Shown here: in pieces, positions 18,813 to 28,429 of the stretch
Numbering within the stretch: position 1 is the first letter of the stretch
Layout of the letters: each line of letters begins with the position of its first letter
DNA from: an uncultured archaeon
GTDB taxonomy: Archaea; Altiarchaeota; Altiarchaeia; IMC4; SCGC-AAA252-I15
DNA: 64,000 nt
Reading direction: 5' to 3'
Assembly (NCBI GenBank): GCA_964587725.1
Contig: CAZPLO010000002.1
Location: forward strand, 55,597 to 119,596
Translations under genes and position numbers: made by a program
Notes under the pieces: generated by a model
Databases searched by the model: none
Seen by the model: only the letters and a program-made list of their open reading frames with translations
What the model was told of the DNA's origin: nothing

Positions 18813-19984
18813 AGGTACTGATGCTCACCACATCATACCCTAGATGGGAGGGAGACTACGCTGGCTCTTTCATACATTCATTGTCAAAGAAGCTCATTGA
18901 AAAAGGATGTTCTGTTGTCGTTCTTGCCCCCCTCTACCAGTCTTCAAAGTCCTCCGAGGTGCTTGAAGGCGTATCTGTTAAACGTTTCAGTTATATGCCA
19001 CTGTCAGTTTGGCAAAAACTTGCTTATGGCGCGGGCTTCCACCGAAATCTCCGCAACCCATTAAACCTGTTACAGCTCCCTTTTTTCACATTAAACCACC
19101 TAATTCGAGCTACTATTATGGCCACCTCCTGCGACATAATACATGCCCACTGGCTGTTTTCAGGATTGATTGCAGTGTTAGCGGGGAAAATAACCAATAA
19201 GCCGGTGGTGTTAACGCTACACGGATCCGGCCTAAAAAATATGCCCGATTCTATTATATCCAAGGTCTTGATCAAGTGGATTCTTTCAATGTGCAGTAAA
19301 ACAATCACGGTCAACAGTAAAATGTGTGAAAGACTCATCTCATCTGGTGTAAATGCTGAAAAGATTACTTTCATACCTAATGGAGTTGACTGCAACCGGT
19401 TTAAGGAACCTCAGAAGACAGATAACACAAACAGGATAATATCCGTCGGTTCACTTGTCGAGGTTAAAGGCCACATGTATCTGCTTCAGGCGTTTAAACA
19501 CGTTTCCAAGGAATATCCTACGGCCCGGCTGGTCCTTGTTGGAGACGGTCCACTACGACATGAACTGGAAGACATTGCCTCCAAACTGGGTATTTCAGTG
19601 TCTGTTGAATTTGTTGGAGAAGTGGGCCACAATAGGGTTCCTTCGCTGCTGGAAAGTTCGGACCTGTTTGTACTGCCTTCGCTGAGCGAGGGAATGCCTT
19701 TAGCCCTACTAGAAGCCATGTGCGCTTCTATGGCGGTTATAGCCTCCAATATTGATGGAATACCCGACGTCGTGGAGGACGGTGTCACCGGATTAATCGT
19801 GGAGCCTGAAGACGCGTCCTCTCTGTCAGAATCTATTAAACGGCTTCTTGGGGATAATAAATTGAGATGTAAAATGGGTTTGGCTGCCAGGGCCCGGGTG
19901 ATGTCAAAGTTCACCTTAGACCGGGTGTCCGAGGATACGCTGCAAGTATACCAAAAAGTTTACGGTGTGCACGGTGAAACGTGA
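18809..19984 (+). CDS. GT4 glycosyltransferase
   Basis: Start MKVLMLTTSYPRW; HAHW, IPNGVD, KG, PSLSEGMPLALLEAM (EX7E). Confidence 0.92.
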   Translation: MKVLMLTTSYPRWEGDYAGSFIHSLSKKLIEKGCSVVVLAPLYQSSKSSEVLEGVSVKRFSYMPLSVWQKLAYGAGFHRNLRNPLNLLQLPFFTLNHLIRATIMATSCDIIHAHWLFSGLIAVLAGKITNKPVVLTLHGSGLKNMPDSIISKVLIKWILSMCSKTITVNSKMCERLISSGVNAEKITFIPNGVDCNRFKEPQKTDNTNRIISVGSLVEVKGHMYLLQAFKHVSKEYPTARLVLVGDGPLRHELEDIASKLGISVSVEFVGEVGHNRVPSLLESSDLFVLPSLSEGMPLALLEAMCASMAVIASNIDGIPDVVEDGVTGLIVEPEDASSLSESIKRLLGDNKLRCKMGLAARARVMSKFTLDRVSEDTLQVYQKVYGVHGET

Positions 19985-20498
19985 GGGGATAATACGCGAG
20001 CTCGCCGAGGGTAAGAGTGTCCTTGACGTCGGCAGCGTCGGCCAGAGCGGCGAATACTCCCTGTGGAACGAGTTGAAAGAGGTTGCCGGTTCACTGACCG
20101 GCATAGACGTGACCGACTCACCCGACGAAGACGTGGTAAAAGGGGATATGGAGTCTTACGACTTTAGCCGAGAATTCGATGTTATCGTTCTTGGTGACGT
20201 GCTGGAGCACGTGAAAAACCAGGGCCTGTTGCTTGACAACGTGAGACGCCATCTCTCTGATGAGGGTGTGTTGGTTGTGACGACTCCGAACGCGAAATGG
20301 TGGACTGTCTTCCTGAAGCCGAACCCCACACACACCCTATGGCACGACAGTTACACGTTAACGAGGATTCTGGAGGACCGCGGCTTCGCGGTGGAGCGTC
20401 TACTATACTACCCCGGCAACAAAAAAACCTACCCCCTGCCCCTCATTCCGTTCATCTGGCGTCAGGGCCTCCTTGCGATATGCAGAAAGCGGCTGTAG
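19965..20498 (+). CDS. Class I SAM-dependent methyltransferase
   Basis: VLDVG, FDVIVLGDVLEH, GVLVVTTPN; start may be GTG 19974. Confidence 0.85.
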   Translation: MCTVKREGIIRELAEGKSVLDVGSVGQSGEYSLWNELKEVAGSLTGIDVTDSPDEDVVKGDMESYDFSREFDVIVLGDVLEHVKNQGLLLDNVRRHLSDEGVLVVTTPNAKWWTVFLKPNPTHTLWHDSYTLTRILEDRGFAVERLLYYPGNKKTYPLPLIPFIWRQGLLAICRKRL

Positions 20499-21361
20499 AA
20501 TAGAAATGCTGTCGCCGTAGCAATCTCTGCGAGAATCATCACTGCCCTGCTGAGGATGGAGGCGGTGAAAGACTTCCCCCGGTCTATATTGAACAAGGCC
20601 GCGGACTCCGTGAATGCCACCTCCCTAACCCCCAACCCAGCGGGCAGGGGTGAGAAGAACCCGGACAAATAGCTCGTCTGGTCGGAGAACACGGTCTGCA
20701 TGAAACCTGCATCTGTCTCACCCAAACCATTCAACAGCACATAGTATGACGCTGAAGTGGATACTGCCATCAGGACGCCCAACAGCAGCACCTGCACGGC
20801 CTTCCCCGGGTTCACCATCTGTAGCAGCCTATGTTTCTTAATCTCATGCCGCCGCCGTCTGGCGACCGCATACAGTACGGCAGCGAAAACCAACGTCAAC
20901 ACCATCACATACCCTGATTCTCTGGTCAAATTAAATAACGAGATGGATGCTACAGCAAACACAATAGCCCTCGAGGCGATACCTGAAACCGATTGTAGCA
21001 AAAACAATGCTGTAGACTTTCTAGTGTCTCCCAACCGCTCCCTGATGAAGGCTATCTTGGGGAGGGAAAACAGAGAAGAGGCTATTCCGAGATTGAGCAT
21101 CATAGTGTAAACCTCTATCATCACACAGTCCGCCACAGGCAACATGTTGTCGGATAGCGCCCTCAGCATCAACGTCAGGCAAATGAACCCCACCACGGAA
21201 AAAAACAACGACTGGAGTAACGCAGCGGGCTCAACCAGCAGGAGCGTGTCAACTATCCCATACTCCCCGGCATACTGGACTATAACATACGCCGCCGCTG
21301 CTACCACAACCAACTTGAAAACAAAGAACATGCGCCTCCACAACCCACCCCCTCCAACCAT
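20462..21361 (-). CDS. LPG-synthase-TM/UPF0104 flippase-like membrane protein
   Basis: Multiple TMs; PLPAGLGVRE motif and terminal SR helix. Confidence 0.75.
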   Translation of the reverse strand: MVGGGGLWRRMFFVFKLVVVAAAAYVIVQYAGEYGIVDTLLLVEPAALLQSLFFSVVGFICLTLMLRALSDNMLPVADCVMIEVYTMMLNLGIASSLFSLPKIAFIRERLGDTRKSTALFLLQSVSGIASRAIVFAVASISLFNLTRESGYVMVLTLVFAAVLYAVARRRRHEIKKHRLLQMVNPGKAVQVLLLGVLMAVSTSASYYVLLNGLGETDAGFMQTVFSDQTSYLSGFFSPLPAGLGVREVAFTESAALFNIDRGKSFTASILSRAVMILAEIATATAFLFYSRFLHIARRP

Positions 21362-21395
21362 AGTTAATAATACAATCCCCTCCTAATATCTGAGG

Positions 21396-23219
21396 ATGGA
21401 AAAACCCGATATCCTACTGTGTTCATACGCCCTCATAACGTTTGTCCTGCTAACCTACACGTTGTCCCCGGGTGTGTGGGTGACCGACGAGTCAACGTAT
21501 CTGCTTATGGTGAAGTCCTTCGCCGTCGACGGTTCCTTGGAGGTGTGGAACGGGTTCGACGAGATTGTCTCCTCGGAGCTGTGGCTGCCGGGTATGCAGC
21601 TGGTTTCTAATGGAGAGGAGGTGCGGATGTACGGGATTCCAGCGCCTCTATATCCGCTACTGGTGTCACCCGTATTCAACGTACTGGGTGTCTGGGGCCT
21701 GAACCTGGTTAACGTGGTCGCCTTCTGCCTGTCCGTCGTCGTGGTCTACCTGCTGTCCCTCAGGTTAATGTCGAAGAAGACTTCGGTGTTGGCGGGACTC
21801 TTCTACTCCCTCACCTACGCGATCGGGTACTCGCAGATGCTGTGGCCCCACATGGTGTCGGTTCTCATTGTCCTGTCGTCCGCATACCTCATCCTGAGGT
21901 ATTACCTGTCTGACGCCACAGGCCCTACCCCTCTTTTTCTCGCCGGTCTTCTGTCCGGGCTGGCGGTGGGAGTCAGATACCCTAACGCCGTGTTCACTGC
22001 TGTGGCGCTGCTGTTCCTGTGGTTCACTTCTCGGCAGGGGATTAAGCCGTTCGCCACCGGGCTGATGTTGCCCGCTGCTGCATTGTCTTACCTGCATGTC
22101 CGACTGTACGGCAGCATCCTGGAGACATCGTATCCTTCTCACGTGATAAAGTATCTTTGGATGCTGCTGGCAGCCTCCACGGCAGCCTTGCTGGCGGTCG
22201 AGGTTCTGGGGAAAAAAGGATACCGGCTTAAAGCGTCTCACCTGCGTTATGGTGTGGTGGGTTTTGCGTTAGTCCTCCTGGTTCTCTCTTTTTCGAGCTG
22301 GGGGCGGGATATGTTGCTGACCGCGTACGCCAAGTTGTTCGACATGTCCCATATGCCTGACTACCCCGGCTTGTATAAGAAGGCTCTGCTGCAGTCGGTG
22401 CCCGCGTTCGCGTTGGCGGCATTCGCACCCTACCTGATGTGGAAAAAAGACGTGAACAAAAATGCGGTCCTCCTGCTGTCCTCTCTCGTGTTGGCGGAGT
22501 TCATGCTCACGCCGTTCACATCCATGGGCGGGTTGGACGAAACCTATGGTATGCGGTATCTCCTGGAATCCGTGCCTTTCTTGGCGGTACTCTCCATGTA
22601 TTCTGCATCAGTGTTCCTGGCTGGCGTGAAGAAAAAACACATGATACTGTCCTTCATGGTCTTCGTTGTGTTCACGGCGTTCATGCTGTCTTCGGGCCAT
22701 CGGCTGTACAGCAACGCAGGCCTCCACCGGACCCTCCCCCTGCTGCTGGCGGTTTCATTGTTTGTTTCATCGGCTGAGTGGTTCCGTGACCGCCGGGTGA
22801 AACTCGTCCTGCTGCTGTTCCTGGCGCTTTCAGCTGGCTACTCTGCGTCGGTGGGCTACGCGGACTTGAAGGTGATGAAGCTGACCCGGGACGTGGTGTG
22901 GGGGACGTCGGTGCAGCTGTTGGAGGGGGTGGAGGATGATTCCGTCATAGTGTATGCGAACAAACAGGCTTACCCGTACGTCGTCCTGCCAAAGGTTTAC
23001 AAAAGGGTTCGGCTGGTGTCGGCGTACGCCGACGGGGGAGCTGATTTGCCTGCCGTCCTCGACTATTACGCTGGAGAGGGGAAGAAAGTGTACGTCAGCA
23101 ACATGCTGGGTCCCGCATGGTATAACGCCACCATGAACTATGCGGTTGAAAACAACATGTCCAACATGTTCTTCCTCAACTACGAGTTCAGGAACCCAGT
23201 CTATGTTATGGAAAAATAA
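21396..23219 (+). CDS. GT-C (ArnT/PMT-like) membrane glycosyltransferase
   Basis: TM followed by DESTY, many TMs, P.YP, RY motifs, soluble C-domain. Confidence 0.75.
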   Translation: MEKPDILLCSYALITFVLLTYTLSPGVWVTDESTYLLMVKSFAVDGSLEVWNGFDEIVSSELWLPGMQLVSNGEEVRMYGIPAPLYPLLVSPVFNVLGVWGLNLVNVVAFCLSVVVVYLLSLRLMSKKTSVLAGLFYSLTYAIGYSQMLWPHMVSVLIVLSSAYLILRYYLSDATGPTPLFLAGLLSGLAVGVRYPNAVFTAVALLFLWFTSRQGIKPFATGLMLPAAALSYLHVRLYGSILETSYPSHVIKYLWMLLAASTAALLAVEVLGKKGYRLKASHLRYGVVGFALVLLVLSFSSWGRDMLLTAYAKLFDMSHMPDYPGLYKKALLQSVPAFALAAFAPYLMWKKDVNKNAVLLLSSLVLAEFMLTPFTSMGGLDETYGMRYLLESVPFLAVLSMYSASVFLAGVKKKHMILSFMVFVVFTAFMLSSGHRLYSNAGLHRTLPLLLAVSLFVSSAEWFRDRRVKLVLLLFLALSAGYSASVGYADLKVMKLTRDVVWGTSVQLLEGVEDDSVIVYANKQAYPYVVLPKVYKRVRLVSAYADGGADLPAVLDYYAGEGKKVYVSNMLGPAWYNATMNYAVENNMSNMFFLNYEFRNPVYVMEK

Positions 23220-23244
23220 AAAGGAAAAGGGGATGGAGTAAGTT

Positions 23245-23718
23245 TTACTCCATCGGCCCGCGTACGGTGCCTGATTCGGTGTGGTCTGACTGCACTCCAC
23301 CAACAGTCACGGTGTACGGTATGGAGACAACCACGTTGTAGATGTCTCCTGCACTTCCGCTGACACAGCCGCTGGCCGTTATCTGGAAGTTCTGTCCGGC
23401 AGCGATAGCGGATGGTGTCACATCGTATGCGCCGCAGGTTTCTGTGCCGACTTCACGGATTACCATCCCTGTTGTGGTCACAGCTATGTTGGTTCCGACG
23501 CCGTTGGTGAATATTCCCTTGAATACTCCGGTGTGGTCCAGTCCCGTTCCTGCCAGCTGTGGCTTTATTTTGGCGAAGCCGGTTGATGTTACGGTGGTTC
23601 CGCCCATGTTGAAGATGCCCAGCTGCCACATTACTATTCCCACGATCATGACCACTAGTATGGCCCAGCCGTAGGTCATAAGGTACTCCATGGCACCCTG
23701 TCCTTTTCTTCCGATCAC
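23245..23718 (-). CDS. Type IV pilin-like protein 4
   Basis: GTG start (MIGRKG|QGAMEYLMTYGWAIL) after GAGGTG RBS; close paralog of pilins 2 and 3. Confidence 0.88.
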   Translation of the reverse strand: MIGRKGQGAMEYLMTYGWAILVVMIVGIVMWQLGIFNMGGTTVTSTGFAKIKPQLAGTGLDHTGVFKGIFTNGVGTNIAVTTTGMVIREVGTETCGAYDVTPSAIAAGQNFQITASGCVSGSAGDIYNVVVSIPYTVTVGGVQSDHTESGTVRGPME

Positions 23719-23811
23719 GTTTTTCACCTCAGTTTTTTATAGAAACAGCCAACCAAATGGGTACTGATATCATATTAAAATGGTGTGTTTATAAATAGTG
23801 TTTGAGGGGCT

Positions 23812-24543
23812 ATGAGGGTTTTGTCGGATGGGGGCGCAGGGTATGTGTGGCGGAACACGCAGCTGGTGAAGAGCAGGGTACTATTGTTCCTCACGTTGCT
23901 GGTGTTGGCGTTCACCATGTTCCTACTTGACCAGGCCCCGTACTCCAGCGTCGGCCTCATCCTGGTGCCGCTGGCGTACGTGCTCGGCATATACTCGTAC
24001 AAAAGCTACCTCACATGGCGCGGCGGGTCCGTGGGGGAGGAAAGCGTAGCAGACGCCCTCAACGAGCTCGACGACTCCTACATACTGCTGAACGGACTCG
24101 TAGTCCCGCCGAACAGGGGGGACACCGACCACATAGTCGTAGGCCCCAACGGATTCTACGTGATGGAGTCTAAAAACTACGGCGGACGCATAAGCTGCGA
24201 CGGAGACCAGTGGAGTAAAGTGAAGGTGGGCCGCGGCGGCACAGTCTACACCCTCGAAATAGGCAGCCCCAGCAACCAGGTGAAACGGAACGCGAAAGTG
24301 TTGAAAGACTTCATACTGGAACATCAGGGTGAAATATTCGAGGATAAGGCGCCGCACCTGTGGGTTCACGGGCTGCTGGTGTTCACCAACCCCGACGCCG
24401 AAGTCGAACTACACAACCCCACCGTGGAGGTGGTGGAACTCGACCAGCTCGCCGAACACATACAGTCCACCGACTCCTGCTACACGCTAACGCCCGGTGA
24501 AGTCGACTCCGCCGGCAGGCTCCTCATGAAGCACTGCCGCTAG
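23812..24543 (+). CDS. Membrane-anchored NERD-domain nuclease-like protein
   Basis: Two TMs then GxxGE, DTDHIVVGPNG, ESKN, SPxxQ motifs of NERD (PD-(D/E)xK). Confidence 0.85.
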   Translation: MRVLSDGGAGYVWRNTQLVKSRVLLFLTLLVLAFTMFLLDQAPYSSVGLILVPLAYVLGIYSYKSYLTWRGGSVGEESVADALNELDDSYILLNGLVVPPNRGDTDHIVVGPNGFYVMESKNYGGRISCDGDQWSKVKVGRGGTVYTLEIGSPSNQVKRNAKVLKDFILEHQGEIFEDKAPHLWVHGLLVFTNPDAEVELHNPTVEVVELDQLAEHIQSTDSCYTLTPGEVDSAGRLLMKHCR

Positions 24544-25700
24544 AACACGATAATGCCGGAGAAGAATATGCCCAGCGCATACTTCAACGCCAGGAATATG
24601 GCCACCGAAGCCACTATGAACACCGGCGTATTCGGCACCCCCGACAAGACGTTGCCGGTTCGCAGCAGCCCCACCAGCAATGCGCCGAAGAACCCGGAGA
24701 TAACAAGTATCGCCACGGCGTACATCTGGAAGAACCCCGGGTCTATGCTCAGCGGCGACAACGCAATCATACCCTCCGGCGTCTCCTGAGCCAAGTCGGT
24801 GACGTTCAAGTTCTCCATCATCGTCGAGAAAATGGTTATGAACTGCAGCGACACCGCGAACAGCAGCGGCGCACCCACCATGATGGCGAAGATTATGAAG
24901 ATTGCGTGGGCGTTTGTTTCAGCAGCCATCTGCTTCTTCAGATTATGCTCGCGGCGCATGTCCGTGGCAATACCCTGGAGGACGTTCGGCAGGTCGCCGC
25001 CCGACTTCATCCCCTGGATGATAAGGCGGACGCTCCGGGACAGCTTCGTCGAACGCACGTGATTGGTCATACCCACCAACGCGTCCGTCAACGGTATCCC
25101 CGTCAACGTCGCCTTGGCCACGTCCTGTATCTCCACCGCCAGCGGTCCGAACTCCGGGCGTGCCGCACTCCACAGCGCGTTATACGATGTCATCCCCGCC
25201 GTCATGTTCTGGGACACCATACTCAGGACGTCCGGGAGCACGTTCTCCACCGACTCGCTGCGGCCGTTGATAAGCAGGCTTAATATGATGAACGGCATCA
25301 TAAACACCCCCACGAAACCAACCAACACAGCCACCCACGCCATGTACTCCGGGAAACCAAGGACATTCGCCGCCAGGTAGGCGACCGCAGCAACCACTAT
25401 ACTGTACACGGCGGTGACGCTCATCACCTCCTCCGAGGTCATGTCCACGCCCGCGTATATGAGCTGCTGGTTCATCCGGTTGCTGGACTTCCGGGGCATG
25501 AACCCCGCCATCAGCTTCGGAATGTGCACCATCACCACCTTCACGGTCTTGCTCATAATCTTGAAGAAGATGATGAACACCAATATCACAACGTTAACGG
25601 CCCTCAACAGAATCTGCACCAGACCCACCACCAGCTGGGACATGGTGCTGGAGGCCTCCTTCACGCCCTTCGGAACCGCAGGTTTCTTGTCATCAGCCAT
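24540..25700 (-). CDS. TadC/FlaJ-like (T2SS-F) pilus platform protein
   Basis: LPDVL, RPEFGPL, KSGG, multi-TM; in operon with the ATPase. Confidence 0.88.
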   Translation of the reverse strand: MADDKKPAVPKGVKEASSTMSQLVVGLVQILLRAVNVVILVFIIFFKIMSKTVKVVMVHIPKLMAGFMPRKSSNRMNQQLIYAGVDMTSEEVMSVTAVYSIVVAAVAYLAANVLGFPEYMAWVAVLVGFVGVFMMPFIILSLLINGRSESVENVLPDVLSMVSQNMTAGMTSYNALWSAARPEFGPLAVEIQDVAKATLTGIPLTDALVGMTNHVRSTKLSRSVRLIIQGMKSGGDLPNVLQGIATDMRREHNLKKQMAAETNAHAIFIIFAIMVGAPLLFAVSLQFITIFSTMMENLNVTDLAQETPEGMIALSPLSIDPGFFQMYAVAILVISGFFGALLVGLLRTGNVLSGVPNTPVFIVASVAIFLALKYALGIFFSGIIVF

Positions 25701-25703
25701 CTC

Positions 25704-26570
25704 TTACACCGCAGGCCTCTTGCCTTTAACGTACATTATGAACACCAGCTGGAATATCACCAACCCCACCATGATAATCCAGAACACATCCTCCGTAATC
25801 ACGCCCTCGCCCAGGAAACTGGAGAGTATGACAAGCAGCGTGACCCCCATCGACGGTATTATGACGCCCAGCATCATGTAGACGAGGCCGTAGAGGTTCA
25901 ATTCCTTCCCATAGGCTTTTATCCGGTTCTCCTTCTCCATGCGGATGTCGCTGGATATCGCCTCCAACGCCTTCACCACGTCGCTGCCGGTCTTCAACGC
26001 GTTCACAATCTGCCACATAGTCTTCCTGAAATACTCCGACGGACTCCACATTCCCACGTCGTCCAACACCTCAGTCATCGACTTCCCCTGCTGCACCTCC
26101 TGGATGATGCCCTCGCAGATTAACGAGCATTCCCCGTACTCCCCGCGGGCTATGTTGACCAGGCTGTCGAACAACGGAACGCCGGAATTCAACTGAATCT
26201 GTATGTCCTTCAACATGTACTCAAGGTCCTGGTCTATCAGCGTAGCCCTCCTCCTCATCTTCACCTTCGGCAGATAGATGAGGTAGAGTAGGGCGACGGC
26301 GGATATGAACAGCGTGAATATTATGCTGCCGTAGCTGGCCTGCAAGCCGTCGGCGAGTACGAACGGCACCACAGCAACAAGCATCACCCCCGTGAAAACC
26401 ACAAGGGTCAGGTATAAAGCCACCGACAGGTACTGGACGGAGTCGATGGTGTATCCGCTGCGTTTCAAATCCCACTCCATCTGCGGGAACAGCGGCTCCA
26501 GGTGGCGGGAGAAATCCAGCAGAGGCTCAGCCATGTGCAGCATGGTCCGGGACTCTAGTGTGGAAGCCAT
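25704..26570 (-). CDS. TadB/TadC-like (T2SS-F) pilus platform protein
   Basis: SGVPLFD, YGECS, WQIVNALKTG, YGKELN, VIIPSMG. Confidence 0.88.
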   Translation of the reverse strand: MASTLESRTMLHMAEPLLDFSRHLEPLFPQMEWDLKRSGYTIDSVQYLSVALYLTLVVFTGVMLVAVVPFVLADGLQASYGSIIFTLFISAVALLYLIYLPKVKMRRRATLIDQDLEYMLKDIQIQLNSGVPLFDSLVNIARGEYGECSLICEGIIQEVQQGKSMTEVLDDVGMWSPSEYFRKTMWQIVNALKTGSDVVKALEAISSDIRMEKENRIKAYGKELNLYGLVYMMLGVIIPSMGVTLLVILSSFLGEGVITEDVFWIIMVGLVIFQLVFIMYVKGKRPAV

Positions 26571-26571
26571 C

Positions 26572-28386
26572 CTACTGTACCAACTTGTTAATGTCTACTT
26601 TACTCTTACTCTTGGCAAGGTCTATGATTTTACCGCGGTCCAGGTAGTATTCCGTCACCATCCTGCCCACGCTGTTAACGTCCTTTATGTCGAGGTCGAG
26701 CATCCACTCCAGCACCTGCCTCTTGCCCTGCAGGTCCTCATCCACCTCCTTCTCCGTCATCCCCGTGAACAGCGCCAGCTCGTCCTTCACCCTGATGCTC
26801 GGATACATCCTGTTTATGCTGTCGCTGCGGGGGTCCCACTTGTAGAGGGTGTTCAACGTGGGGGTGTCGGATTCGTCCTTGGTGAGCTCGCATATCTCGA
26901 ACGTCCGCCGCTGCCTGGTCCTGCGGTTCCTGTACTGTATCACAATCAAGTGCAGGGACTTCATCACCGTCGGGGGAATGTCCATGGGCGGACTGGTTAT
27001 CCTGTCCACCACCTCCTGCGCGCGTTCCGCGTGGAATGTGGAGTAGACGCTGTGGCCGGTGTGCATGGACTCGAACAACACCTCCGTCTCCCGCTTCGCC
27101 CGGACCTCCCCCACTATAATCCTGTCGGGCCGCATACGCAGAGAGTTCTGCAGCAGCTCCAGCATCCCTATCCCGCCTTCGCCGTCGGGGTTAGGGGGCC
27201 GGATGGTCATGGGAATCCACTGCAGGTACTCCGGCAGATTCAGCTCCCGAGTATCCTCCAGAGAGATTATCCTCTGGTTCGCGGGCATGAACGGCATAAT
27301 CGCGTTCAACACCGTCGTCTTACCCGAGGCGGTCCCGCCGCCCACGAGTATGCTCATCTCGTACTCCACACCCATCCACAGGAAAGCCGCCACCTCCGGC
27401 GTCAGCGTGGCCGTATCCGGGTCTATCAAATGGACTGCGCTCCACGGCAGCCTCGAAAACCTCCGTATGGTAAGGGTGTTCCCTGAAGTGGATATGGGGA
27501 ATAATGTGGCGTTAACCCTGTCCCCAGTAACAAGGTGGGCGTCCAGCAGCGGGTTCAAATGCGTTATCTCCCTGCCGACCTCACGGGCCACCCGCGACGC
27601 ATAGTTCTGTATCAAATCCTCCGTCGGCAGTATGATGTTGGTTTTAAGCCAGCCCCGCTCCTTGTGGTAAACCCACACCACGTCCTGGCTGTTGTTGACC
27701 ACCACCTCCTCCAACCGGTTGTCCATAAGCAGGTACTCTATGTCTCCGAGCCCCAGCATCTCATTCACCAGTAGCCTGCTCAACGTCGCAATATACTCTT
27801 CAGACGACTTCTTCAGCACGTTCCGGAGCTTTTCCTTGGCGCGGCTGATGAACTTCACCTTCATCTTCTGGAACTTCATGGTGTCGAACACGTCCCTGGT
27901 CTCAATCTGGATTTCACCTATCAGCGCCCGCTTGGTCTCGTCCAGCAGCGCCCTGGTCACGAAGTCGATGTGGGGCATAGACACCATGTAGTGGGGGACG
28001 TAGTCTCCGCTGTCCACTACCTTCACGCCGACGCTGAAGTCGTCGCTGGTGAGTGTGTAACCGTCTAATTCCTCCTCTCCCTTTTCAGACGGCCGGGCCT
28101 TGGGGGCCTCCGGCGTGTGCATTTCAACCGACTCTGTCTCCCGCTCCTGGAGCTCATTCTTCCGCTCCTTGTAGTCGAGGGACTCCAGGTCAGGCTCCTT
28201 CAGGTAGTGGGACTCCACCCGTATCAGCTTCCGCTGCATCAAATCCTCCGCCAACCGGGTGACCATGGTCTTGTCTATTTCGAGTTTGTCTGAGGCTTCG
28301 GACACGTTTATCCTGCCGGAGGAGTTTATCAAGTCCAGAAGCCGTTTCCTCTGCCCCGTAACTCCAGAATCAGCGTTCTCCTCCAT
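26572..28386 (-). CDS. Type IV pilus assembly ATPase (VirB11/TadA/FlaI family) with N-terminal wHTH
   Basis: GGTASGKT, EDTREL, LRMRPDRIIVGEVR, TGH..YSTFHA. Confidence 0.95.
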   Translation of the reverse strand: MEENADSGVTGQRKRLLDLINSSGRINVSEASDKLEIDKTMVTRLAEDLMQRKLIRVESHYLKEPDLESLDYKERKNELQERETESVEMHTPEAPKARPSEKGEEELDGYTLTSDDFSVGVKVVDSGDYVPHYMVSMPHIDFVTRALLDETKRALIGEIQIETRDVFDTMKFQKMKVKFISRAKEKLRNVLKKSSEEYIATLSRLLVNEMLGLGDIEYLLMDNRLEEVVVNNSQDVVWVYHKERGWLKTNIILPTEDLIQNYASRVAREVGREITHLNPLLDAHLVTGDRVNATLFPISTSGNTLTIRRFSRLPWSAVHLIDPDTATLTPEVAAFLWMGVEYEMSILVGGGTASGKTTVLNAIMPFMPANQRIISLEDTRELNLPEYLQWIPMTIRPPNPDGEGGIGMLELLQNSLRMRPDRIIVGEVRAKRETEVLFESMHTGHSVYSTFHAERAQEVVDRITSPPMDIPPTVMKSLHLIVIQYRNRRTRQRRTFEICELTKDESDTPTLNTLYKWDPRSDSINRMYPSIRVKDELALFTGMTEKEVDEDLQGKRQVLEWMLDLDIKDVNSVGRMVTEYYLDRGKIIDLAKSKSKVDINKLVQ

Positions 28387-28429
28387 TTTCCGGTCGCTTT
28401 AATTATGCTTTCCGCGCAATAAATACATC

